A DNA stretch of 49,426 nt, counting the filler, from Bipalium vagum (Eukaryota): NCBI GenBank assembly GCA_037834085.1. It is 3 parts of 3 records of this genome, joined end to end, with 100 filler letters (N's around TTAATTAATTAA, not from the genome) between each part and the next. Parts side by side here need not be neighbours in the genome. Positions count along the whole stretch, not along the records: positions 1 to 15,683 come from JBBMKC010152131.1; positions 15,784 to 33,846 come from JBBMKC010042261.1; 1 more part is not named here. One strand, written 5' to 3'. How positions within the stretch are numbered: the stretch's first letter is position 1; every line of letters begins with the position of its first letter. The position numbers and the translations under genes are program-made. Below are positions 13,870-25,254 of the stretch, piece after piece. The notes beneath the pieces are model-generated. The model did no database searches and was not told the origin of the DNA. It worked only from the letters and a program-made list of their open reading frames with translations.

Positions 13870-14492
13870 CCCCTTTATTAATGATTATATTACTCATTAT
13901 TATTTATTTTTTTAAAAAATATTTTTTGCTATTATTATTATTTATATTATTAAAACTTAATAGTATTATTAATATTATCATTATTATATTTATATTAACA
14001 ATTATTTTTATTACTATTATTTTCTTTAATTATTATTATTATCTTTATAATTATTTTAATTAATATTTTCGTTATTATTATATTATTATTTTTAATATTT
14101 TTAATATTCTTATTACCATTATTTTTAATTATTTTAATTATTTTTTATTATTATCATCATTATCATATTATTATATTTTATTATTATTATTATTAAATTT
14201 TATTCCAAAATGAAATCTGATATTTGTAAATAAAACAATCAAAAATAAAAATATTGAGATAAAATAAAATAAAATCGATTTTCTAAAGATAAATGTGAAT
14301 AGATAAAAGATTTTATCATAAAATAAAATTGGAAAATATTTTGAGTTTTTTAAAAATTGAGCAAAAACCTTCATATAAATAAAATATTAAAATAAATAAA
14401 TAAATAATAATAATAATTATTATATTATTATAATATATAATTTTAAATTATTTCAATAAAAAATAAATCATTTACGAATGTTAACAAATAAT

Positions 14493-14526
<34 letters not shown>

Positions 14527-14530
14527 TATA
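13870..14530. repeat. AT-rich low-complexity degenerate (TTA/TAA)n tract
   Basis: Almost entirely A/T with trinucleotide periodicity. Confidence 0.85.
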
Positions 14531-14911
14531 AAATTAAGATTAGTTTTAATAAAGTTTACCAAGATAATTGATAATAGACAGCCAACTGAAGTTTGTGATC
14601 AAATATTTTGTCTAACTTATCAAACTGAGATCTGGACATCGTACATTTTTATAATTAAATTTTGTTTTTTGTTCATAAAAAATATTTTTAAAATATTACA
14701 AAAAACTGGAATTAATTCTCTCAACATTTTCAATCTGGGTGGGGAGGAGATAATAATCTTATTAAAAAAATAATATTTATTTGAAAATATAATTAATATC
14801 TTCTAAACTTTGTAATTAATAAAAATTTTTGTAACAATTGAAACTTTTTTATATTACTTTAATGCCTAAAAATTCAATACAATTTTTCTGTTAATTTTCA
14901 TTAGTAATTGC

Positions 14912-14950
<39 letters not shown>

Positions 14951-15607
14951 TAAAATAATAATACTCATAATTAAAATGATAACATTGAAAGAATAAAAAT
15001 ACATAAAAATAAAAATTAATTTAAAAATAAAAATTTTTTAAAAAATAATAATAATTAATAATATAAAAGCAATAATGGAGAAAAATGTGAAATTTAAAAA
15101 AACCTTTAATAAGTTTTCAATTAAAAAAATGTTCAATTAAAGTTGAACTATTTCGAAAGCCTAAGAAAGAGGACACATAAAATCAATCAATATTGACTTT
15201 TTTATAAAAAAAGAAAGTTTAATAATATAAATTTTGAAAAACACAAAAATTGAATATTTTAATTAATTAATAAAATTATTATTAAAAAATAATAATATTC
15301 TTTATTAAATAATTAAATTAATTAACAAATAATTAGTTAAAAATTTTAATTGTTAATCATTTGATTCAGTGACCAATAGATTTTGTGATGATCGACAAGA
15401 ATGAACTCTGGGATCTCATTCGTCATCAGGTCGACGGATTGGAGATCGTAATCACCATTTATCAGTCACGAGTACGCATTGCAAATTACCATTTTTTTGA
15501 GGTTATTAATGGTCTAACATGATCAGTAATTGAAACTGTACATGGACCATTGATTTATTTAATTGGTTGTTTATTGTCAGTGATAAAAGTATGAGTCCAA
15601 TATACGA

Positions 15608-15618
15608 TTTTATTATTA

Positions 15619-15683
<65 letters not shown>
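15608..15683. repeat. (TTA)n microsatellite running into an assembly gap
   Basis: Seen directly. Confidence 0.95.
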
Positions 15684-15783
15684 NNNNNNNNNNNNNNNNN
15701 NNNNNNNNNNNNNNNNNNNNNNNNNNNTTAATTAATTAANNNNNNNNNNNNNNNNNNNNNNNNNNNNNNNNNNNNNNNNNNNN
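15684..15783. other. Artificial 100-bp assembly spacer
   Basis: 44 N + TTAATTAATTAA (stops in all six frames) + 44 N; identical to the second gap. Confidence 0.95.
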
Positions 15784-16018
15784 TATATATATTAAAATGA
15801 ATAAAAAATTAAAAATCTTATGGTTTGATAATGAAATCCTTTCTTTGAAAATTAGTTTTTTTGTTGTAAAACTGAAAAAAATTATGGATTTTTAAATTTG
15901 TTGATATTAATTCATTACCAATTACGCTTACTTTCAAACGGTGTTTTGAGAAAAGGTCTGTAATGAGTTATTGTTCTCCAACAAATACTTAAAAATAGAA
16001 ATCAATAAACTTTAAAAC

Positions 16019-16309
16019 TTGTTGGAAGGAATTTACGTTTTTATTTCGATTGGTAAAACTTATTTATTATGGACCGAATTTTATGACGAATTTACTTTTA
16101 AAGATCTAAATGATATTGTTTCTATTGATATGTTGTATAAATTGTTATTGAGAGGAACAAATTCCACATCAATTTTTTTAAAATCGTATTTACGTGATTA
16201 CTCTTATCAAGAATTTCGTTGTTTTAATATTACAATTTTCTACAGTGATAATTCATTAAAAACAAAGTTAAAGATATATTTAGGTAATAAAAGAAAAAGG
16301 AAAATTTAG
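16019..16309 (+). CDS. Hypothetical protein (orphan ORF, basic C-terminus KRKRK)
   Basis: 96 open codons with protein-like composition, TTG start only; no homology recognised. Confidence 0.3.
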   Translation: MLEGIYVFISIGKTYLLWTEFYDEFTFKDLNDIVSIDMLYKLLLRGTNSTSIFLKSYLRDYSYQEFRCFNITIFYSDNSLKTKLKIYLGNKRKRKI

Positions 16310-16438
16310 ACTTGAAGCATTTTTATTATATTAATCCTTGTCCAAGCACAATTAAATAAAACTTTGAAGATTAAATAAATATATCAATCAACGATATAAA
16401 TCTAAAGATGTTCGAAATATTTTCAGTCTAATCATCTG

Positions 16439-16813
16439 TTGTATGAAGAATTTAAAAACCAAAAAAATGGGTTTTTTATGCGACCATTACCGGAGTTCAA
16501 ACTAGCGCGACAATTATTTAAGGACAAATTGAGAACTAATTTCCGAATGGCTCGCTGCTTTGATAGAGAAAACCGCTTGCAGTTGGCCATGAAATGTTTA
16601 ACGAAGACTGATCTAAAATTTTTCCTCCTGGAATTCATCAAGAGCCCTTCTGCAGACATGTTGAAAAAAAAATCCGTGTCGCGAAACTTTACTAACATTC
16701 ACAAGGTTATTGAAAAGATTTCCAAATTGTCTTCGAGCCGAAACAAAGTCACCAACAATAACGTGAATGAAGTGATCAATTTGAAAACACCGAGGTTAAC
16801 GTGTAGTAGTTAA
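16439..16813 (+). CDS. Hypothetical basic protein (likely start MRPLPEFK at 16478)
   Basis: 124 open codons, locally raised GC, AATAAA directly after the stop (16817-16822); no homology recognised. Confidence 0.45.
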   Translation: MYEEFKNQKNGFFMRPLPEFKLARQLFKDKLRTNFRMARCFDRENRLQLAMKCLTKTDLKFFLLEFIKSPSADMLKKKSVSRNFTNIHKVIEKISKLSSSRNKVTNNNVNEVINLKTPRLTCSS

Positions 16814-19289
16814 AAAAATAAATGTGTTAACCGAGTCTTATTTTTTCCCATATGCAGAATAATCAATATCAGCTCAGAAAAACCGGTTGCTTCCGATTCT
16901 ATAACTATTCGATCATCGGTCAATGGTAATGATATTCGTTTTTAATATGTCTCGTGTTGTTGTGTATTGCATTTGTTACAATAAATTTTATCGTTATTAA
17001 AACATGTTTTTTTTCAATGTCAAAATTAAAACCCTTTGATGTTGTCCAATAGAATTAAATCGTTTGTCTGGCTGTATGTGTGCGAGTTCGTCCGTATGTA
17101 TAAGTGTGTATTGAATATATGTTTTTTTGTTTGTATGCTTAAGAATGCTTGTGATAGTGTGTTTGAGATTTGTCTTCATCAGAATGTTTGTCGTATTTAT
17201 AAGTGTGTTTTGAAAATTGAATTTGACTGAATGCTTGTATGTATGCGTAAATTGTATGTTTATAAAGTTTGTATGTATCATTTAATGATTGGATATATTT
17301 ATTCGTGTGATAGTATTTTTATAATATTTTTCTAAAAATTGTATACGCGTGTTATTATTGTTTGTGTTTATGAATGTTGTCAATAGTAATTGAGTGATGA
17401 AAATAATAAAAGTTCAAAATTTATATTTTAAACATTTCTTGAATAAATTGATAGACATTGTTATTTTTATAAAACCGAAATCAAGTGTATGTATGGGTGT
17501 AAATATTGATTTATTTATTTGTCAGTGTAGTGCATGATTTTTTAAAATTGTATTTTATTTGTTATCATTTAGAAATTGACAGACGTTTGTACATTAACAC
17601 CAACACCGCCACCACGGGAATGTCCATTCCTAAAAGAAATACAATATCTAACGAAGCCTTGTGTCTGGTGCCAACTTTTCAAGTTTCCAATGAAATTAGG
17701 TTGGGATAATATCGATTATCGATTTTGTCGTATTTTATCACTGTCATAAAAAAAATGAGAAAATTATTGATGGAATATTTATTTTTAATTTTTTAGGAAT
17801 CTCAGGTTAAAATGTGGAATGCGATTTCTGAAGAAATTGAGTCGAAAGCCGTTTCATCAGAGTTGATTTTTAATTGATTAATTATATTAATTAATGTTTT
17901 CCATTACCGTAAATAAAAAAAAACTACATCAATAATTATTTTTCGTATCATTACACTTAAAATGACGATGATGACAATAATATTAATGAATTGATATATA
18001 TTGATAAAGTATTTAAGCTATTTTAATCTTTATTTATTGGTAATAGTACTTTTATACATTTAGTTGAATATTGATTAGAAAATTTTTCATATTTATTATT
18101 ATTGATTTTTTTCAGTTTATAATTAAAAATAATAAATATATACTATTTGATATAAACTAATCTTTGATGTAATTTAAAAGTCGATTTATTTAAAATCAAT
18201 TCAAATTAATTTATGAATTTTTATTAATTAATCGATCACAATGTAAAACTTTCTAAATGGAAGCCAGTGTATGTCTTTTAAAGAAACTCAAATTGTTGTT
18301 TTTGGAGATCACCACGATTTCAGATGACATTGCATTAAGGAAGAGAGTATACAAATGTGAGACAATTACAACAAACTTTAATCTGGAATTAATTTTACAA
18401 TAAATATTAATAACTTTGAAATAATTAGTAATAATGTGCTGAGTTGAATGGAATAAGGATTATACTCAAAGATTGATGAAGATTTTTTAAATAAAACGAA
18501 CAAATAAGACTATCAGTGAAGGATCTGGAGACTTTGGGGTAAAAAACTAAATGGACAACATTAGTAATAACGTCGATAATTACAAAATAGTTTGACTTTA
18601 ACTACTGAAAAATTTCTGAAAGACAATTTAGGTGAAAATATCAGTGATAGTGTTGATTTATTGAGTTAACCCTGAGGTAAAAATTAAATTTATATTTATT
18701 CAAAATTTAAAGTGTTTCAAAATATCCAAATTTTGAACTGCAGCTCTGTGTTCAATGTACTTCAAATGTTAAATGAAATCAGTGGACTTGTTTTCTCAGA
18801 AGCTGAATAATAAAAATAAAGTTGATGAATCTAGGCTTGTTACCAATCAGTTCCGTTTTCTTTTCAGTTACTACATCATATCCAAGCTGAGTATGATTCT
18901 TGATGGAAAGTGAAATCCAGCTTTGAATGTTGATACTCGTTAATATATGAAACTGAGAACTCAGATTTAAGAATAAGATATTAATAATTTATAATTCAGG
19001 TACACAGTAAATTAATTACTAAATCAATCCAATACTCAGAACTCCCAGAATTTTGAAAGTTCAATGATATTAACTAAAAACTAAAATAATAATGTAAAGA
19101 AAATGCAAAAAAGATCTAAGATAAAGGATAGCTTCATAATAGACTATTAGTCAGAGAAAACTTAGAAGACCAATAGGTATTAGTAACATATGGGTCAGAA
19201 AGAGAAGTAAACGTCCGAGAATCAGGTAAAACCAGCGAAGTAATTAAAACTGACAACAGCCGTGATGACATCAGTGAACCGAGAATCAC

Positions 19290-19620
19290 AATTGAAGACA
19301 ATTTAAGTGCCACAATTTCAATTCAACTTAGAAGTCGAACTATCAGATAAATACTAAATTGGAGTATGAATAAAAAAAATAATGTTAGAGACGATTCAAT
19401 CGGGAAACAGAACAGACAGTGATATTACTTGGATCAGCAATTACTCTAAGAGAAAAACGAAAAATCGAACTAGAACCATTTAAAGGAAAAGATACGGAGA
19501 ACTTTTTTAGAAGATTACGAAATGGTAAATAGAGTCACCAGTTGGGATAAAGAAAATATGAATCAAGAATTGAGCACTTATTTGTGAGACGTTGCTTCAG
19601 ATACGAGAAGATACTGTAAG
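19290..19620 (+). mobile_element. Ty3/gypsy gag remnant
   Basis: EPFKGKDTENF.EDYEMVNRVTSWDKENMNQELSTYL matches the retrotransposon capsid N-lobe pattern (PF.G..VE.FL..FE......W); upstream LRSR motif. Confidence 0.6.
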
Positions 19621-20177
19621 TTCTGTACTGTATGATACTATTTGGCTCAATACTTAATACGAGATTTAATCTCGAAAATACTAACTGCTAACTCTGTATA
19701 AATAGGTTAGATTTGAATTCACCAACTCCTTCGAAGGCGGTATAACAAATAAGTGTTCTAAGTTACGAACTAAGATCAACTAAAAAACACGATTTGTTTT
19801 TATAAAAATATATTTTGTAAAACAAATACAATTTTCTTATCACAATAATATCAATTAATTTAAGTCTTTTTGATTTAATGATAACCGAAGAAGCCCTGAT
19901 GTCAAAATAGGAATTCTATCGCCAAATTGATTTGATTAAAAAGAAAATATAATAAAAGAACGTATTGCAGAGTATTTGCTCTGAATCCGTTCAGGGTTAA
20001 TTATTTTATTTGCTTGACTCAAAAGAGATCGATTTATAAAATTGTTGTGTTTTAGAATTAATAATAATTATAAGAAATAATAATAATAATAATTATTATA
20101 ATAATGGTAATTATTATTATTAATTAATAATAATAAAATTTTTAAAAAAAAGAAATTTTCTAATCTTTTAAGAGCCT

Positions 20178-20878
20178 TATGACAAAATCCCACTGTGGGA
20201 ATTTTGACATATTAGGCTAATGGATTCTCTGACAGTCGTTTTTGGATGGACTGTAAAATTGATCTGACTCTTTATCGGCGTTGAGATAGAGTTAGGGAAA
20301 TAGCCGTCTCTAAGCGTAGGGATTGGTGATCGTAGACCAATCTCTACGACTATATAAAGAGACGTCTATTTCCGTTGGCCCAAAACTGAGAATACTTTTG
20401 CCGAAGACAATCAAAAATATCATTTTGCCGTAGACGATTCCAGGATATTTTTGTCGAAGACGATTTCAAAATATTGGCCGCAGATGATTTCAGCTTACAG
20501 TAATTTTATCTCAACGCTAAGATTATGCAAACGGATTTTACAAGGGGACCCAGCGAGCTTAGAAACCCCTAGGCGACCTGAAAAGGGTCAAGAGGGCGAC
20601 CCGGAACCTATTGTCACTCTTTGTGAGATCGTTTTATTTATTTATTTTTGTGTGATTTTCTGAAAACTCTTTTGTGATCATTTCTTTCATCTCTTTCATT
20701 ATAACAGTAGTTGTTTTTATTTTTATCATTATCTGTTTACTTTGTGATATTTTTCAGTTATTAAACTTATTAGAGACTTAACGTGGTGATCAGTATATTA
20801 GGAATTGTGTTTTTTATTATTGTGTGTTATTATTGTGGGTTTTTGATTCACATAAGATTGACAGGGACTGACACAACA
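20178..20878 (+). mobile_element. LTR-like sequence (boundaries uncertain; alternative start at 20043)
   Basis: Imperfect inverted termini tatgacaaaatccc and gggactgacacaaca, TATATAAA at 20351, four short tandem repeats (20396-20493), GC-rich core then T-rich tail; gag-like debris follows. No TSD found. Confidence 0.55.
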
Positions 20879-21559
20879 TTTTATAACAGTGAGGAATTAC
20901 GAGTACACGAACACACGTTACTACGTCTAAGTATAATAGTAACAAAATAGCAAAAGCGTATTTTATTTACCTTTTTTATTACAGGCTAAATTTGTTAAGA
21001 CGAATTTAAGTGCGAATTGAATGCGAAAATCAAGAATTTTTATACTCCTGATTTTCACATTCCTTATCTCTATATTGGTTAAAACAAAACTTTGCATTAA
21101 TAGAGTAATATATAGGGGCTGTTGTTATTTAAAGAAAGTTCTTTTATTATATGTCCACATCCATATTAATATTTACTCATTACTGTACTTATAGAAAGTT
21201 TTCATTTTCTGATTCATGATTATTAATTCTAATATTTTTATTAACTTTGTAGGTTAAGTTTTAATTAACTTCAATCCTCGAATTATATTAATTATTAAAT
21301 TATTCATTTATCTTAATTAAAAACAAATTTATAAATTAAAATATTATTATTTTTATAAAATATAAAATTATATAAGGAGTCCATAAATATAAAAAGAAAG
21401 TAATTCTAACAAGACTTTTTCATGCAAAATTCAGAAAAATAATCAATTGTTAAATATCAATCATGAGCTGTGGGGAATCATTGTCTATCAGTTTTTGGTC
21501 TGTTTGTCCGCCTCCTTTGTAAGCTTGAATTTTTCAGGGATGCTGAGGGTGCTGAGATC

Positions 21560-22440
21560 TCTTTTTCTACGAATCCTAACAATACCATAAAAATGAAGAA
21601 CAAGCTTATGGATTACGAAGAAACAATAGCAAAATAACAATTTTTAATGAGAGTAAAAGTACCAGATCAACATTTAGCTGCACATGAAAGTGAAATCTAC
21701 AGGTTTGGAGACAAAGCAAAATAGCTAGAATCAGCATTTGTAGAAAAACGGACTGCAAGATCAAAATCTCAAATAAACAAAGCAATTAAAATTCAATTAC
21801 TACATATCAAAAAAGAAGAGCTGAAGATAAGGGATAAAACAGAGATGGCCAAAAAACAAGCATTAGTGATAATAAATGAAATATCAGAGAATGAAATTAT
21901 TTGAGATAACAGAGAAAAATATTTAAACTGGAACCTAAAAAAAATCCAAATCACCAGAACACACATTTTTCAAACAAAGTCCAAGAAGTTGTGAAAGCGT
22001 ATCATCTAATATATTTAAAAGTTATTTTAAATTAAAATCCTTCAGTCATCGAGCGCCCACCCAGTACATCATGCCAATTTCCTGTGTATATTTCTGTTAA
22101 ACTACATGGGGTTTTGTGTTCGCATTCTTGCATGTTTTCAAATAACCAGTAAAAGAAAAGTATTTTTGCAATAATTTTTGTTTAAAAATTTTAACTATAT
22201 TGTAGAATTACCGCCCTCATGATACTTTAAACTGATTCCTATGGCCCTCGCGTGGCTCTGAGTCTATCGAATGCAGACCGGGAAGCACCTAAAAATAGTT
22301 CAGTTACGAAGGAAAACGATTTGGAATTGGAAATAATTATTCTAGAAACGATATTTGTATAGAAGAAAAAAAGGATATGACACCATTGAATGATGAATAA
22401 GACCATCATTATAACGAGGAGGTATGAGACAAAATCCTAT
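21560..22440 (+). mobile_element. Highly decayed LTR-retrotransposon internal region
   Basis: PDQHLAAHESEIYRFGDKA..ESAFVE..GLQDQNL is gag-like. A purine tract gaggagg is followed by tgagacaaaatcc (22425), resembling the LTR start at 20178. Confidence 0.35.
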
Positions 22441-22640
22441 ATTGAGAGGACAATGAATCATTTTAATGAACAAATATTAGATTCATGTACACATCAAGTA
22501 TACTCCAGGTATACATACTCGTTCGTTCGTCAAAATTGTGTTTACAACCAGAGTACACTTTGTGTCGTAAAAAAAACAAAAAATTACTAAAAAATCACTA
22601 AAAAATTCACTAAATAAATCATTAAAAAATAGTCAAAAAA

Positions 22641-25254
22641 ATGAAAACATTTAAAACTGAAAATGAATTTTTTAAAAAAACTGAATCAAATCTACTGAAA
22701 ACCCACAAGCAAATTCAATCATCAACCTCGATGAATGGCAAGCTATAAAATATGTTTTACCTTTTGAAGAATGTTCTTTTTCTGAAGATTTATTTCACGA
22801 TGATTATAATCTAAAATTTCTTAATTTTGAAGGTAATAAAATAACTTATTTAAATTCTCATTATTATAAAAAACATTTGGGAACAGTTTATCAATTTAAA
22901 ATTTCAACGAAGATATTACAGAAAGAAATATTACTAATTGTTTAAATCGTATTTTAGAAACCATGACAAATAATAATAATCAAAATGTTAAAATGACATC
23001 TTTACATCCTTTATATTATTTAGGACAGGGTTGTTTTCCTTTATGTGTAAAGGAGAAGTAGTAAATCAATTATTTACAAGATTAGAAAAAATTTTGCAAT
23101 CAGAACAAACAATAAATATTGAAGATGTAATTTTTGAATTTTTACTTTTACCAATACCTCAAGAAAAAGGAAGAAACGATGTATCTTATAGTGGAAATAA
23201 TTCTAAATATTTAATATTACAAAATTTTTCACAGAATTCTATTAACATTATTCAAAACAACGATACAATTTGTTTAGCAAAATCAATAATAACCTCTTTA
23301 ACTTATGATAATGAAACAAATAAAAATTATTTTTACTTTTCCAAACAAGATAATAAAATGAGATATATTAGACGAGGTAATCCAATTCAAGAAGAATGGG
23401 CAATAAAATTACATAAAGTGGCTCAAGTAGAAATTAAAGAAACTGGAAATAATATTGACGATTTAAAACAATTTGAAAATTTTTTAAATGTAAGAACTAT
23501 AGTTTATAATAATGAATTTATTTTATATAAAGGAAATGAAAATTTAAAAAAACAAACTTTTATTTATTATGATCACGAGAAGCATCATTTTATTTCAATT
23601 ACAAAAATAGCAGCTTTTTTAGAATCAACAAAATATTGTCATGATTGTTTAAAAGGATATCAGAATCAACATACATGTAAATAAATCTTATACATACATA
23701 AATCTTATAGAAATAAAAAAGTTTGTGATATTTGTAATGAAGAAAATTTTAAATCATAACAATACAAATTTGATTATAAGAATTGCCCAATTTGTAATGA
23801 TTAATACAAACCTCCATTCAATATTCACAAATGTTATTTAAAAAATAATGAAGGAAAATTTAAACAAAGTAATAAATATATATTTTTTGATTTTAAAGCA
23901 ATACAAGAAACATTTGGTTATCATGAAATGAATTATGTAATTGCTTTTGATAATGAAAGAAATATATTCTATAAAATTCAAAATACGAGCTCTGCTCTTG
24001 GAAGCGCACTTTCCAAAACAATTACATTTTTAAACTTATTACTGAAAATTTAGAAAATTTAACAATTGAAAATATTTTAGATAATATAGAATTTTTAGAA
24101 GAAATAATAATTGAAGACTCAATTTCTTTAATTGATACTTTTTGTAAATTCTTTATTTGTAAAGATTTTGAAAAATATTCTTTTATGCAAAAGGATATGA
24201 TAATCATCTAATATTAGGTTGGTTAATTCAAAATAAACTAGCAGTAGAAAAAATTAGTTTTGGTAGTAAAATAACTTTTATGCAAATAAAAAATTTTAAT
24301 ATAAGATTTGTGTAGATTCAATAAATTTTACTTTATGTCCATTAAAAGATTTTCCAGAAACATTTGATTTTAAAGGTTCTAAAGGATTCTTGTGAGGCAA
24401 AGCCTCTAAATATGGATTCATTTCAATATATGACAATCGCACAAATTTGTACAAAAATATTTGTCTATGACAAATATGAAGAAATTGGAATTTCAAGATT
24501 AAGTAATTTTGAAGATGTATATTCATATAAATGATTTCATTGGTTAGAATATTTAAGTAAAATAAAAATATAAATACGCCTCTGCTCTAGGAAGTCTGTC
24601 ACCTTCGGTGAGCAATGCTTCTATTCAACATGCAAAAAGAGAACAAGAAAAAACTATTAATGTATATATAAATTCAACTTCCAAAAGATATTAAGTTGAT
24701 GGATTTTATTATGATCAAACTTCTAAAATTTATTATATTTATGAATTCAATGGTTGTTATTTTCACAGTTGTCTAAAATGTTATAATAAAGATGAAGTTT
24801 GTAAAAAAGGAAATAAAACAATGGAATTGTTAAATAATCGAACTTTAGAAAAAAGAATAATATTATAAAGTATTGTAAATATATAAATTTAAAATTAGAA
24901 TTTTTTGAATTATGAAAATGTGAATATGAAAAGCTTTTAGAAAATCCTGATTTTAAAAATTTTAAAATTGATCCAGAATTATCTAAACTAAAACCAAGAG
25001 AACCGAACCTATAAAACTATATCATAAAAGTGAAACTGAAAAAATAAAATATGTAGATTTTGTTTCACTATATCCAACTGTAAATAAATATAATGAATAT
25101 CCAGTTGGACATCCTATAAAAATATTTATTATTTCACCAGAAGAATATTTAAATAAAAATTGCGGCAACGCCGCTGCAAGAGAAGCTTGCTACTTTGGAG
25201 TTATAAAATGTAAAATTTTACCACCAAGAAATTGACATTTACCAGTCTTACCTT
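22641..25254 (+). pseudogene. polB: Polinton/Maverick (adintovirus)-type protein-primed family B DNA polymerase, disrupted and 3'-truncated
   Basis: Collinear motifs: NNDTICLAKSI and HHFISI (vOTU-like), CHDC/CDIC/CPIC Zn fingers, YIFFDFKA (Exo I), AKGYD (Exo II remnant), DSINF..LKDFPETF..SKGF, MDSFQYMTIA, WLEY..IQHA..Y*VDG..IYEFNGCYFHSCLKC (VSR-like), IKYVDFVSLYPTVNKYNEYPVGHP (palm motif A), YFGVIKCKILPP. Many stops, frameshifts and internal deletions. Confidence 0.93.

Noticed and set aside
13704-14374. ORFs rich in I/L/F/Y/N that look like membrane proteins
   Set aside because: They are translations of AT-rich trinucleotide low-complexity DNA. The same applies to 29892-30089.
14555-14740. 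Non-repetitive island as a missing SCYL2 exon (also 15360-15600)
   Set aside because: No frame with convincing splice sites and HEAT-region similarity.
16805-16810. AGTAGT as a Polinton terminus
   Set aside because: It lies inside an ORF end, with no inverted partner or 6-bp TSD.
16997-17281. Overlapping ORFs on both strands
   Set aside because: They arise from TG-rich low-complexity sequence.
19183-19210. gtaaca-ta-tgggtcagaa as an LTR end plus tRNA-Leu primer-binding site
   Set aside because: Only a short gapped match, with no identifiable LTR upstream.
20396-20493. Short repeats with CRISPR-like spacing (also 25638-25719)
   Set aside because: They are tandem repeats without unique spacers, no cas genes are present, and the context is a eukaryotic LTR-like sequence.
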